This document shows positions 8,071-17,901 of a stretch of 35,792 nucleotides of DNA, piece by piece. The notes beneath the pieces are model-generated. The model was given only the letters and a program-made list of their open reading frames with translations. It searched no databases and was not told where the DNA came from. The stretch lies in assembly GCA_035698305.1 (NCBI GenBank), contig DASSBX010000238.1, positions 1-35,792 of the forward strand. The letters run 5' to 3'. A program made the position numbers and the translations under genes. Source of the stretch: Miltoncostaeaceae bacterium (lineage in GTDB: Bacteria > Actinomycetota > Thermoleophilia > Miltoncostaeales > Miltoncostaeaceae). Numbering within the stretch: the stretch's first letter is position 1; every line of letters begins with the position of its first letter.

Positions 8071-9468
8071 TCACGCGAGGACGCGGAGGTGCTGCCAGCG
8101 GACGAACGCCTCCAGCCCGGGGCGCCCCAGCTCCGCACCCACCCCCGAGCCCCGCCATCCCGCGTAGGGGGCGTAGGGGACCACCACCCGCCAGCCGTTG
8201 ACCACCACCGTCCCCGACCGGAGGGCCTGGGCGGCCTCCAGGGCGCCGCGCAGGTCGCCGCCGCAGACGTAGTTGACCAGGCCGTAGTCGGGGCGGTTCG
8301 CCTCCCGGATCGCCGCATCCACGTCGGGCGTCTCGATCACCGTCACGATCGGGGTGAACGGCTCCTCGTCCACGAGCCGCACCCCCGGGCCGGCGCCCGT
8401 CACGAGGGCCGGGGAGAGGACGCCGGCGGTGACCTCGTCGCCACCCTCGATCCGCACCCCGCCGTGGCCGGCGGCCTCCTCCAGCAGCATCCGGTGGCGG
8501 GCGAGGCCGCGGCCGGTGGTCATCGGCCCCAGGCGGATGCCGGCGATGCGGTCCCGCATCCGCTCCAGCAGCCCGCCGGCGAGGGAGGGGGGCACCAGCA
8601 CCCGGTTCACGGCGTAGCAGGCCTGCCCCGAGTTGACGTACCCCTGCACCGTCGCGACCTCGGCGGCGGCGTCCAGGTCCGCGTCCGGCAGCACCACCAG
8701 GGCGCCGTGGCCGCCGAGCTCGAGGGAGAGGGCCTTCAGGCGGGGCGCCGCCCACCCGGCGATCTGCTCCGCCACCCGCCGCGACCCCGTGAACGCCACC
8801 TTCGCGACGCCGGGGTGGGTGGCGAGGGCCTCCCCAACCAGCGGCCCGTCGCCGGTCAGGCACGACACCAGGCCCGGCGGCAGGCCGGCCCGCTCGGCGA
8901 GGTCGCACAGCGCCCACGCCGCCAGCGGCGCCTCGATCGCCGGCTTCACCACCACCGCGTTGCCGGCGGCGAGGGCCGGCGCCAGCTTCCAGACGACGAG
9001 GGCGACGGGGAAGTTCCAGGGGGTGATCGCCGCGACCACCCCGAGCGGGGCGGGCCGCACCCACGAGCCGGTGGCGAGGGTCGGGCCGGGCAGCTGCTCC
9101 ACCCACATCCGCTCCGCCTCGCCGGCGAAGTGGTGGATCACCTCGGCGGCGCGGGCCACCTCGGCCTGCGCCTCGCCGATCGGCTTGCCGGTCTCGCGGT
9201 GCACCAGCTCCGCCAGCGCCGGCTGCTCGGCGTCGACGAGGGCGGCGTACCCCTCCAGGGCGCGGGCCCGCCCGCCGGGCGGCAGCGCCTCCCACGCCGG
9301 CTGGGCGGCGGCGGCGGCGCGGACGGCCCGGTCGACGTCGTCGGCGGTGGCGGCGGCGACCTCCCCCAGCAGGGCGCCGTCGCCGGGGGCCCGGACCGCC
9401 ATCCACTCCGTGGTGTCGAGCCGCCCCCCGCCGGTGATCAGGGGACGCCGCGCGGGCGGTCCGGTCAG
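8071..9468 (-). CDS. NAD(P)-dependent aldehyde dehydrogenase (succinate-semialdehyde dehydrogenase-like); start uncertain (CTG 9468 or ATG 9402)
   Basis: ETGKP, ITPWNFP, VKPA, FTGS, LELGG, NSGQAC, EEPFTP, GWRGSG. Confidence 0.88.
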   Translation of the reverse strand: MTGPPARRPLITGGGRLDTTEWMAVRAPGDGALLGEVAAATADDVDRAVRAAAAAQPAWEALPPGGRARALEGYAALVDAEQPALAELVHRETGKPIGEAQAEVARAAEVIHHFAGEAERMWVEQLPGPTLATGSWVRPAPLGVVAAITPWNFPVALVVWKLAPALAAGNAVVVKPAIEAPLAAWALCDLAERAGLPPGLVSCLTGDGPLVGEALATHPGVAKVAFTGSRRVAEQIAGWAAPRLKALSLELGGHGALVVLPDADLDAAAEVATVQGYVNSGQACYAVNRVLVPPSLAGGLLERMRDRIAGIRLGPMTTGRGLARHRMLLEEAAGHGGVRIEGGDEVTAGVLSPALVTGAGPGVRLVDEEPFTPIVTVIETPDVDAAIREANRPDYGLVNYVCGGDLRGALEAAQALRSGTVVVNGWRVVVPYAPYAGWRGSGVGAELGRPGLEAFVRWQHLRVLA

Positions 9469-9896
9469 CGCCGTCCCCCGTCGATGGCGGCGCCGTCGAG
9501 GCGGGAGACCTGCCGGATCCGCCACGACGGCTCATAGGCGGCGACCTTGCGGATCTCCTGCTGGGCGAGGCGGCGGGCGCTCTGGGCGTCGGCGGCCCAC
9601 ACGTCGCAGTGGTGGACGTCCACCCGCACGAAGCGGTCGTCGTCGTCCTCCCAGCGGGCGAAGACGGCGCGGTAGCGGTGGGTGCCGGGCGCCATCGGCG
9701 TCAGCGGCCGCAGCATCCCGAGGCTCCAGCGGGCCTCGTCGCCGCTGCGCGCGACGAGGGCGGCCTCGGCGGCCCGGCGGGCCTCCTCCAGATCCGGGGC
9801 CTCCAGCACCACCCGGGCGGCGACCCGCGGGCGGCGGGCGCCGGGCGGGCGCCGCAGGAGCGTGACCTCCCAGGAGGGGGTGGCGGTGGTCGTCAG
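9465..9896 (-). CDS. Hypothetical protein with an internal duplication; start uncertain (CTG 9896 or GTG 9812)
   Basis: Fills the gap between cyclophilin and ALDH with 4-nt overlaps at both ends. Contains two similar A.D...ARR.A...W modules. Confidence 0.6.
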   Translation of the reverse strand: MTTTATPSWEVTLLRRPPGARRPRVAARVVLEAPDLEEARRAAEAALVARSGDEARWSLGMLRPLTPMAPGTHRYRAVFARWEDDDDRFVRVDVHHCDVWAADAQSARRLAQQEIRKVAAYEPSWRIRQVSRLDGAAIDGGRR

Positions 9897-10390
9897 CCCT
9901 CCTCGATCCGGACCGCGTCGAGCCGCTGGGGCTCACGGGGCCGGTCCCCGGGGCCGGTGGCGGTGGTGCCGAGCGTCTCGACCGCGTCCATCCCGTCGAC
10001 CACCTGGCCGAACCCGGTGTGGGCGCCGTCCAGCCACGGGGTGGCCTGGGCGGTGACGATGAAGAACTGGCTGCCGTTGGTGTTCGGGCCGGCGTTCGCC
10101 ATCGCCAGCGTCCCCCGCACCAGCTTGCGCTCGTTGATCTCGTCGGCGAAGTCGTAGCCGGGGCCGCCGGTGCCGGTGCCCTGCGGGCAGCCTCCCTGGA
10201 TCATGAAGTCGTGGATGACCCGGTGGAACACGGTCCCGTCGTAGAAGCCCTGACGGGCCAGGCCGACGAAGTTCCCGACGGTCTGGGGCGCGAGATCCGC
10301 CCACAGCTCGAGGGTGATCTCCCCGGCGGAGGTGTCCAGTACGGCGGTGTACCTGGTGCCCGGCTCGGCGGGTGGCGGCAGCTCCGGCAT
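9893..10390 (-). CDS. ppiA: Cyclophilin-type peptidyl-prolyl cis-trans isomerase
   Basis: [71 protein letters not shown] before ATG 10390. Confidence 0.95.
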   Translation of the reverse strand: MPELPPPAEPGTRYTAVLDTSAGEITLELWADLAPQTVGNFVGLARQGFYDGTVFHRVIHDFMIQGGCPQGTGTGGPGYDFADEINERKLVRGTLAMANAGPNTNGSQFFIVTAQATPWLDGAHTGFGQVVDGMDAVETLGTTATGPGDRPREPQRLDAVRIEEG

Positions 10391-10552
10391 CGGTCCTCTC
10401 TGGTCGGTGTCCACCACGGATTCTCGCACCTCCCGACCCGCCTGCGTCCGGTGCACGCGAACCGCGATTATGTCGTTTTGCCGGATCGCCGCTGCGGCGG
10501 CGTTCCCCCTGCAAACGGGTCGGTCGACCGGCGCCGGGACTACCCTCGACCC

Positions 10553-10774
10553 ATGCCCCCCACCGACCTGGACGAGGAGATCCGCGAGGCCCTGGGCGCC
10601 GCCGAGGAGCCGCCCGAGGAGCCCCTGCCCGCGCCGCGCGGACGGAGCTGGTGGGCGAGCCGCGACTGGTGGCTGCGGACCGCCGCCTCGGCGGCGGTCG
10701 GCCGGATCGTGGGGGCGCTGCTGACCGGGGCGGGCCTGCTGCTGGCCTGGCTGGTGGCGCGGGCCCTGACCTAG
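10553..10774 (+). CDS. Small hypothetical membrane protein (73 aa), probably leaderless
   Basis: ATG 6 nt after a TACCCT hexamer. Acidic N-terminus, Trp-rich middle, hydrophobic C-terminal helix. The stop overlaps the convergent GMC stop. Confidence 0.55.
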   Translation: MPPTDLDEEIREALGAAEEPPEEPLPAPRGRSWWASRDWWLRTAASAAVGRIVGALLTGAGLLLAWLVARALT

Positions 10775-12243
10775 CCGCCGCGCAGGCCGGCGGCGAGCCG
10801 CTCGGCCAGTGCGATCACCGCCAGGTGGGTGTTCGCCGACGGCACCCGCGGGATCACCGAGGCGTCGATGATCCACAGCCCCTCGGTGTCCCGCACCCGG
10901 CCGGCGGCGTCCACCACGGCGTCGGGGTCGTCGGGGCGGCCCATCCGGCAGGAGCCGACGGGGTGGTGGAACGTCTCGACGGTGCGCAGCACCTGGTCGG
11001 GGTCGTCGAGGCCCGGCCAGGGGGTGATCACGTCGGCGAGGGGCCGGGTACGGGCGACCTCCATCAGCCGCCGCCCGGCCGCCACCGCCGCCGCCCGGTC
11101 GGACGGCTCCAGGAACCAGCCCATCTCGATCACCGGCTGCAGCGCCGGGTCGCGCCCCTGCAGGCGGACGGTGCCGCGGCGGCTGCGGGCGTCGGCGACC
11201 TGGACGTTCAGGTCCGTGAAGCGCTGGCCGCCCTCCACCGTCCCCGAGTACGGCATCACCTGGTAGACGCGCCGCTCCCCGCCCACCTCGTGTGCGCCGG
11301 TCAGCAGGCACTGGTACCAGGGGCTCGGCCACGGCGGCGCGTCGAGGGCGAGGTCGAAGCGGTACGACACCTTCGGGTGGTCCTGCATCCCCCGCCCCAC
11401 CGCCGCCACCTCCGCCGCGACCGGGATGCCGTGGCGCCCCAGCTCCCCGGCGGGGCCGACGCCGCTGCGCAGCAGCGCCGCGGGGGTGGCGTAGGTGCCG
11501 AGGGCCATGATCACCGCGTCGGCGGGGAGCCGCTCCCGCCCGCGGGGCCCCACGACCTCGACGGCGCGGGCGACGCCCCCCTCCAGCGCCACCCGGTCGA
11601 CCGTCACCCCGGCGCGGAGGGTGAGGTTGGGGCGGGCGAGGGCGGGGTCGAGGTACCGGTCGGCGGGGGTCTGGCGGACCCCGTCGACCATGTTCAGCGG
11701 GATCGGGCCGATGCCGACGGCGCCGGGGGCGTTGTGGTCGTCGACCCAGCCGTGGCCGGCGGCGAGGGCCGCTTCGGCGAACCGCTCCTGCAGCTCCATC
11801 CAGCCCGCGCGGGGGTAGCGGCTGATCGGGATCGGGCCGTGGTCGCCGTGCCAGTCCGCCCCGCCGAAGTCGCGGTCGCTCTCGACCGCCCGGAACCACG
11901 GCAGCCAGCTGTCCCACCCCCAGCCGTCGACCAGCGCGTCCCACTCGTCGTAGTGCTCGGGGTGGCCGCGCAGGGCGATCGCCCCGTTCGTGACCGACGA
12001 CCCCCCCACCACCCGCCCGCGCGGCACGTGGACGATCCGGGGGGACGCGCCGGCGCGCGCCAGGTACCCCCAGTCGTGGGTCTCCTTGATGATCCGGTGG
12101 GAGTGGGTGAGCGCCGCCGGCCACTCCCCCGGCCGGTAGTGGGGGCCCACCTCGAGCAGGGTGACCTCGTTGCCCTCGTCCTCCGAGAGGCGGGCGGCGG
12201 CGACGCACCCGGCGGTGCCGGCGCCGCAGATCACCACCCGCAC
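10771..12243 (-). CDS. GMC-family FAD oxidoreductase (choline dehydrogenase-like)
   Basis: [55 protein letters not shown]. Confidence 0.93.
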   Translation of the reverse strand: MRVVICGAGTAGCVAAARLSEDEGNEVTLLEVGPHYRPGEWPAALTHSHRIIKETHDWGYLARAGASPRIVHVPRGRVVGGSSVTNGAIALRGHPEHYDEWDALVDGWGWDSWLPWFRAVESDRDFGGADWHGDHGPIPISRYPRAGWMELQERFAEAALAAGHGWVDDHNAPGAVGIGPIPLNMVDGVRQTPADRYLDPALARPNLTLRAGVTVDRVALEGGVARAVEVVGPRGRERLPADAVIMALGTYATPAALLRSGVGPAGELGRHGIPVAAEVAAVGRGMQDHPKVSYRFDLALDAPPWPSPWYQCLLTGAHEVGGERRVYQVMPYSGTVEGGQRFTDLNVQVADARSRRGTVRLQGRDPALQPVIEMGWFLEPSDRAAAVAAGRRLMEVARTRPLADVITPWPGLDDPDQVLRTVETFHHPVGSCRMGRPDDPDAVVDAAGRVRDTEGLWIIDASVIPRVPSANTHLAVIALAERLAAGLRGG

Positions 12244-12247
12244 GGGG

Positions 12248-13012
12248 CTATCCCTGGGCCAGGCGGCCGCCGTCGACCACGATGGTCTGGCCGGAGAGGA
12301 AGCTGGCGGCGTCGGTGAGGAGGAACAGGATCGGCCACGCCGCCTCCGCGACCGCCCCCAGCCGCCCCAGCGGGGCCTTCGCGACCAGCTTCTCCCTCAG
12401 GGCGGGGTTCGCGGTCATCAGCCCCTCCACCATCTCGGTGAGGATGGTGCCGGGAGCGACCGAGTTCACCAGGATCCCGGCGGGCCCGAGCTCGACCGCC
12501 AGGGTGCGGGTGAGGGCGTCCAGCGCCGCCTTGGAGGCGTTGTAGGGGCCGATGTTCGGCAGCCCCGTCAGGGAGGCGACCGACGAGAGGTTCACGATCC
12601 GGCCGCCGCGGCCGTCGGCCGTCATCTCCCGGGCCACCGCCCGCGACATCGCGGCGGCGCCGAGGACGTTGACCCGCAGGATCTCGTCCCACTCCGACAG
12701 GGGCGTGTCGGTGACCGGGTGGTAGAAGGGGTTGATCCCCGCGTTGTTCACGAGGCCCCACAGGACCCCGTCGAGTTCCTCGGCGGCGTCGAGGGCGTCG
12801 GCGGCGGTGGTGGTGTCGGCGACGTCGCCGGCGACGGTCCGGACGGGGCCGTCGAGGCTGCCCGCCAGGTCGTCCAGGGCCCCCTTCGAGCGGGCGACGA
12901 GGACCACCCCGCCCCCCTGCGCGACGATGGCGCGGGCGACCTCCGCGCCGATTCCGCGCGAGGCCCCGGTGACGATGACGGTGCGGCCGTCGAGGCGGAA
13001 TGGGTCGGTCAC
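12248..13012 (-). CDS. Short-chain dehydrogenase/reductase (SDR)
   Basis: TGASRGIG, VNNAG, NLSS, YNASK, VNSVAPG, VDGG. Confidence 0.93.
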   Translation of the reverse strand: MTDPFRLDGRTVIVTGASRGIGAEVARAIVAQGGGVVLVARSKGALDDLAGSLDGPVRTVAGDVADTTTAADALDAAEELDGVLWGLVNNAGINPFYHPVTDTPLSEWDEILRVNVLGAAAMSRAVAREMTADGRGGRIVNLSSVASLTGLPNIGPYNASKAALDALTRTLAVELGPAGILVNSVAPGTILTEMVEGLMTANPALREKLVAKAPLGRLGAVAEAAWPILFLLTDAASFLSGQTIVVDGGRLAQG

Positions 13013-13019
13013 GGACGGC

Positions 13020-13051
13020 GGAGTCTACCCACCACCCCGCCGGTAGACTCC
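13020..13051. promoter_or_regulatory. Perfect 10-bp inverted repeat containing back-to-back TAGACT -10 hexamers for the divergent SDR and ACAD genes
   Basis: GGAGTCTACC-N12-GGTAGACTCC in the intergenic gap. Confidence 0.6.
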
Positions 13052-13115
13052 ATGTGTTGACCGTCGGCGCGCCAGGGCGGCGCCGAGAACCCGCCACCCG
13101 TCCCGAGGGAGCCGC

Positions 13116-14258
13116 ATGCTGAGCTACGCCTTCACGGAGGAGCAGGAGGACCTTCGCCAGATGGTCCGCGAGTTCGCCCAGGGGGAGATCCTCCCGCTGG
13201 TCGAGGAGGCGGAGCGCACGGAGAAGTTCCCCGTCCAGATCCTCCCGATGCTGGGTGAGCTCGGCCTGCTGGGGATCGTGTTCCCGGAGGAGTACGGCGG
13301 CATCGGCGCCGACAAGATCACCGAGTGCATCTTCGTGGAGGAGATGGCGAAGGTGTGCGCCGGGATCACCGCCTCGGTCAACGCCCACGCCGACCTGGCG
13401 GCCTTCCCGATCTACAAGTTCGGCACCGACGCCCAGCGCGAGAAGTACCTGCCCCGCTCGATCGCCGGGGAGATCATCGGCGCCTACGCGATCACCGAGC
13501 CCAACACCGGCTCCGACGCCGCCGGCCTGGCCTCGCGGGCGGAGAAGAAGAACGGCGGCTACGTCCTCAACGGCCGCAAGAACTTCATCACCAACGGCAC
13601 CATCTGCGACTACTGCCTCGTCGCCGCCTACACCGACCGCTCCAAGCGCGGCGAGGGCATCAGCGTCTTCATCGTCGACCGGGACACCCCCGGCTTCGAG
13701 GTGACCCGCAAGCTGGAGAAGATGGGCCACCGCTCCTCCGACACCGCCGAGCTGGTGTTCGAGGACTGCGAGGTCCCCGAGGAGGCGCTCCTGGGCGGCA
13801 AGGAGGGCGCGTTCGGGGCCCTGATGGAGGCCCTGATCACCGGCCGCGTCTCGCACGGGGTGAAGTCGGCGGCGATCGCCGAGGCCGCCTTCGACGCCGC
13901 CCGCCAGTACGCCACCGAGCGCGAGGCGTTCGGCCGCAGCCTCTCCAAGTTCCAGGCGATCCGCTTCAAGCTCGCCGACATGGCCACCCGCATCGAGGCG
14001 GCCAAGAGCCTCGCCTACAAGGCGGCGTGGCTGTACTCCACCGGCCAGCCGTGCGTGAAGGAGGCCTCCATGGCCAAGTACTTCAGCGCCGAGGTCGCCG
14101 ACTACGTCTGTCGCGAGGCGGTGCAGATCCACGGCGGCTACGGGTACATCGTCGAGTACCCGGTGGAGCGGTACTACCGGGACGCCAAGCTGGCTTCCAT
14201 CACGGAGGGCACCAGCGAGATCCAGCAGCTGATCATCGGCAAGGAGCTGGGACTGTGA
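13116..14258 (+). CDS. Acyl-CoA dehydrogenase
   Basis: [63 protein letters not shown]. Confidence 0.96.
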   Translation: MLSYAFTEEQEDLRQMVREFAQGEILPLVEEAERTEKFPVQILPMLGELGLLGIVFPEEYGGIGADKITECIFVEEMAKVCAGITASVNAHADLAAFPIYKFGTDAQREKYLPRSIAGEIIGAYAITEPNTGSDAAGLASRAEKKNGGYVLNGRKNFITNGTICDYCLVAAYTDRSKRGEGISVFIVDRDTPGFEVTRKLEKMGHRSSDTAELVFEDCEVPEEALLGGKEGAFGALMEALITGRVSHGVKSAAIAEAAFDAARQYATEREAFGRSLSKFQAIRFKLADMATRIEAAKSLAYKAAWLYSTGQPCVKEASMAKYFSAEVADYVCREAVQIHGGYGYIVEYPVERYYRDAKLASITEGTSEIQQLIIGKELGL

Positions 14259-15586
14259 GCAGCGGCCTCCCCCACCCCCCCGGCCTCGACGACGGCCTGG
14301 GCTACCCGTTCTTCCAGTCGGTCTTCGACCGCAAGAGCCGCCGGATGGGGCTCGGGATGGCGATGCCCGGCACCCTCGGCTACGACAGCCCCTACGAGGC
14401 GGTGCCCCTCACCGAGCTGGAGGAGGCCCTCCTGCTGGTCGCCGGCACCGGCCTCACCGGCCTGAACCTCGGCGACATCGACCCCTCGATGGGGGCCGAC
14501 GCGATGGTGCAGTGGACGGCCCGCACCTGGCCGAGCTCCTGCTCCAACCACGGCACCGAGCTCTTCTTCACCAACGACGACGGCCTCTACTTCCTCGACA
14601 TGTGGAACCTCATGCCCGAGGACGGGGAGATCTCGACGCTGCAGAACAAGGGCCGCGACGCCCAGGTCGACTTCATCCTCGACCTGGTGCGCAGCGCGAA
14701 GAAGGAGCTGCACCCGGGGCGGGCGGTGATGCCGGAGGGCCTGCCGGGCCTGTTCGTGTTCAACCACTGGAACGCCAACAAGCCGGGCACGACGCTGTTC
14801 CTGCCGGTGTCGAGCATGACCCTCGAGTACATCAACCTGCTGTTCATCTACTTCTCGCCCGAGTACCGCTTCACGCTGGTCGACGAGACCGCCGGCTACG
14901 CCCCCTGCGGGCTGCAGAAGTGGATCGACAAGGGCCGCCTCGACGCGGGCCGCCAGATGGGGATCGTCGAGATCGAGCAGCGGGTCCTGTCGATGCAGGT
15001 CGTCGAGCAGGCGTTCATCTGCCAGAACATCAACCTGGCGCTGCAGGCCCTCGGCCTCGGCGGCTGGACGTACACGGGGTACATCGCCCGGTTCGCCCTC
15101 GGCGGCATGGACGTCCCCGGCCTCGGCTTCCGGTTCGCCGACGCCAAGCGCGGCCCGAGCGTCCCCGTCGGCCGCGACGGGGTTTTCGAGGCGTTCACCC
15201 CGCCCTACTACGCCGACATGGGCGAGGCGGTCGACGCGTTCCTGGAGCGCAAGTGGTCCCAGTACGAGCCGGACAAGCCGAAGGCGTACCTCGAGCCGGA
15301 CAAGGTCACCTCCCAGATCGAGCGCCCCACGAAGGAGACGATCCAGATCGTGAAGGACTACTGCCGGTACGTGCACGACACGTACGGCCGCTTCCCCGCG
15401 TACCTGGACCCGATGTACCAGCGCCTCACCTGCCAGGCGCAGCACGTCGACAACGACTTCTACGCCCAGTACTACCCGCCGGGGGCGGTGACCGACCAGC
15501 ACCACGCCCACTTCGAGCGCTGGCACCCGGAGCTCGCGGGCGACGACGGCCGCCCGCCGCTCCGGGGCAACGGCTCGGGGGGCTAG
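14255..15586 (+). CDS. Uncharacterised protein with nitroreductase-superfamily (SagB/McbC-like) FMN-binding motifs
   Basis: GTGA overlap with the ACAD stop. RKSRR, RTWPSS and [21 protein letters not shown] resemble nitroreductase-fold motifs. Confidence 0.62.
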   Translation: MSSGLPHPPGLDDGLGYPFFQSVFDRKSRRMGLGMAMPGTLGYDSPYEAVPLTELEEALLLVAGTGLTGLNLGDIDPSMGADAMVQWTARTWPSSCSNHGTELFFTNDDGLYFLDMWNLMPEDGEISTLQNKGRDAQVDFILDLVRSAKKELHPGRAVMPEGLPGLFVFNHWNANKPGTTLFLPVSSMTLEYINLLFIYFSPEYRFTLVDETAGYAPCGLQKWIDKGRLDAGRQMGIVEIEQRVLSMQVVEQAFICQNINLALQALGLGGWTYTGYIARFALGGMDVPGLGFRFADAKRGPSVPVGRDGVFEAFTPPYYADMGEAVDAFLERKWSQYEPDKPKAYLEPDKVTSQIERPTKETIQIVKDYCRYVHDTYGRFPAYLDPMYQRLTCQAQHVDNDFYAQYYPPGAVTDQHHAHFERWHPELAGDDGRPPLRGNGSGG

Positions 15587-15987
15587 CGCAGGGCGGTGAC
15601 GCGCGGGCCCCGGGCCCGCGCCGCCACCTCCAGGGCCCGGCTGAGGGCCCGCTCCGCGATGCCGGGGCGGGCCGGCATCGCGAGCGCCCGCTGGAGGGTG
15701 GTGACGCGTCCGTGCAGCACGTCGCGCTCGGCACGCAGGGCGGCGAGCTCGGCGACGAGCCGGTCGCGCTCGGCCCGCAGGGCGTCGGCGTCGCCGCCGG
15801 CGCGGCTGCCGCGGAGGGCGTCGACCGCCTCGGCGGGGATCAGCGTCCGCTGGGAGCCCGGCTCGCCGACCGTCTCGCCGGGGAGCCGGCCCGACTTCAG
15901 GTAGCGCCAGACGGTGCGCTCGGAGACCTCGAGGGCCTGCGCGGCCTGGGCGACGGTGATGGTGTGGGTGGGGGCGATGGTGTCCAT
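15583..15987 (-). CDS. HTH_17 (excisionase/MerR-like) DNA-binding protein with C-terminal coiled coil
   Basis: ITVAQAAQALEVSERTVWRYLKSGRL followed by heptad repeats LRAERDRL/LRAERDVL. Confidence 0.75.
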   Translation of the reverse strand: MDTIAPTHTITVAQAAQALEVSERTVWRYLKSGRLPGETVGEPGSQRTLIPAEAVDALRGSRAGGDADALRAERDRLVAELAALRAERDVLHGRVTTLQRALAMPARPGIAERALSRALEVAARARGPRVTALR

Positions 15988-16069
15988 GCCCCCGAGGTTC
16001 GCCGCCGGACGCCCGACTCCTTGTCAGGGCCGGGCGTCACGGCGGCGCACGGGGTCTGTCAGCCCGCCG

Positions 16070-16525
16070 CTACTCGGTGGGCTGACGGCTGATCAGCATG
16101 TTCCACTGGCCCCTCTGGACGACCTTGTCGTCCTGGTTGAGGACCTCGATCTCGTAGATGCACCACCCCTGCTTGGGGTTCTTGTGCTCCGACTTCTCGC
16201 CGATCGTCCGCTTCACCCGGATCGTGTCGCCGAAGAAGACGGGGGCGCGGAACGCCCACTCCTTCAGGCCCACGAAGGCGGCGGTCGCGATCTTCGGCTC
16301 CATCTTCTCCACCTGCAGGCCGGTGGCGACGGACGTCACCAGCATGCCGTGGGCGACGCGCTTGCCGAAGACCGATTCCGACGCCCGGACGTCGTCGATG
16401 TGGAACCAGTTGAAGTCGCCGGACACGCCGCAGAAGTTCACGACGTCGGCCTCGGTGATCGTGCGGTTCAGCGAAACCGCCTCGTCACCGGGGTTCAGCT
16501 CCTCCCAGAACAGACGCTCAGCCAC
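16070..16525 (-). CDS. MaoC/PaaZ-type hot-dog (R)-hydratase
   Basis: RTITEADVVNFCGVSGDFNWFHID, FGKRVAHGML, FRAPVFFGDTI. Confidence 0.92.
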   Translation of the reverse strand: MAERLFWEELNPGDEAVSLNRTITEADVVNFCGVSGDFNWFHIDDVRASESVFGKRVAHGMLVTSVATGLQVEKMEPKIATAAFVGLKEWAFRAPVFFGDTIRVKRTIGEKSEHKNPKQGWCIYEIEVLNQDDKVVQRGQWNMLISRQPTE

Positions 16526-16638
16526 GCGGCAACTCCCCCTGTGATTCGGGTCCTCTGACGGGGCCGAACCATACGGGAGACGCCGGGGCGCCCCGGGTGC
16601 CGAGGCACCCGAGGCGCGCCTGACGGGTCGCGCGGGCC

Positions 16639-17829
16639 CTACAGGTTCTCGAGGCCCTGGCGGATCCGGTCGAGGCCCTCCTCGAGGACGTCGTCCGGGC
16701 AGGCGTAGGTGAGGCGGATGTGGCCCTCACCGCGGTCGCCGAAGGCGGAGCCCGCCACGACGCCGACCTGGTAGTTCTCGATCATGTAGTCCGCGAACTG
16801 CTGGGCGGTCATGCCGGTGCCGCGGATGTCGGGGAACACGTAGAAGGAGCCGTCGGGGGTCTGGCACTCGACGCCCGGCATCTTGTTCAGCGCGGCGACG
16901 GTCTTGTCGCGCTTGTCCTGCAGCTTCTTGGTGATCACCTCGACGTGGTCCTGCGGGCCGGTGATCGCCGCCAGGGCCGCCAGCTGCACGAACGCCGGCA
17001 CGTTGGTGACGGAGTTCTGCTGGAAGATGTCCATGGTGGTGATCAGGTCCTTGTTGGCCACGCACCAGCCGATCCGGAACCCGGTCATGATGTAGGTCTT
17101 CGAGAAGGTGTCGACCAGGATCGAGCGGTCGGCCATCCCCTCGACGGCGGCGATCGTCTTGTGCTCGGCGCCGGCGTACACCATGTGGCTGAAGATCTCG
17201 TCGGTCAGCACGATCACGTTGTGCTCGGCGCAGATCGCCGCGATCTCGTCGAGCTGGCCGACGGTCATGCCGTTCGGCCGCTGCGGCGAGTTGATGATCA
17301 GCATCTTCGTCTTCGGCGTGATCAGGCTGCGCAGCGAGTCGAGGTCGAAGTGGAAGTCCGGCTCGACGAGCGGCGCGTACACCACCGTGCCGCCCGCGTA
17401 GGTGATCCAGAACTCGTCCGGCGGGTAGCCGGGGTTCGGGAAGATCACCTCGTCGCCCTGGTCGACGACCGTCAGGAGGGACTGGGTGAGGGCGTGCTTG
17501 GCCCCCATCGTCACCAGGACCTCCTCGCGGACCGTCGGCCGGCCGCGCTTGGTGGCCTCCTCGGCGATCGCGTCGCGCAGCTCCGGCAGGCCGGGGCCGG
17601 GGACGTAGCGCACGTGGCCGTCGGTGACGGCCTTCGCGCACGCCTCCATGATGTGGGGTGCAGGACGGAACTCCTCGCCCTGGAAGTCGCCCTTCTCGAA
17701 GTGGATGACCCGCTTGCCGGTCTCCCGCTCGAGGGCCTCGGCCTTGCGCATCGACGCCCACTGCTTGGGGAGGACGAAGTGGGAGGTGCGGCTCGAGAGC
17801 CGCAGGGGGTTCGTGGCGGTGGTCGCCAT
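16639..17829 (-). CDS. PLP-dependent class I/II aminotransferase (aspartate aminotransferase-like)
   Basis: Y..GPGLPELRDAIA, GAKHAL, INSPQRPNG, DEIF, FSKTYIMTGFRIGW (PLP Lys), PDGSFYVF, HIRL. AAGGAG RBS. Confidence 0.93.
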   Translation of the reverse strand: MATTATNPLRLSSRTSHFVLPKQWASMRKAEALERETGKRVIHFEKGDFQGEEFRPAPHIMEACAKAVTDGHVRYVPGPGLPELRDAIAEEATKRGRPTVREEVLVTMGAKHALTQSLLTVVDQGDEVIFPNPGYPPDEFWITYAGGTVVYAPLVEPDFHFDLDSLRSLITPKTKMLIINSPQRPNGMTVGQLDEIAAICAEHNVIVLTDEIFSHMVYAGAEHKTIAAVEGMADRSILVDTFSKTYIMTGFRIGWCVANKDLITTMDIFQQNSVTNVPAFVQLAALAAITGPQDHVEVITKKLQDKRDKTVAALNKMPGVECQTPDGSFYVFPDIRGTGMTAQQFADYMIENYQVGVVAGSAFGDRGEGHIRLTYACPDDVLEEGLDRIRQGLENL

Positions 17830-17901
17830 GGTCGTTGTGTCTCCTTGGGTGGGTGGGGAAATGCCGGGAGTCGTCGTCCGGCCCTCAGGGTGGTGGGCGG
17901 C

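Noticed and set aside
14255-15586. RiPP azole-forming cluster suggested by SagB-like motifs
   Set aside because: No YcaO, E1-like protein or Cys/Ser-rich precursor peptide was seen.
15583-15987. Prophage/ICE excisionase
   Set aside because: No integrase, att-like repeats, tRNA or phage genes are in the window.
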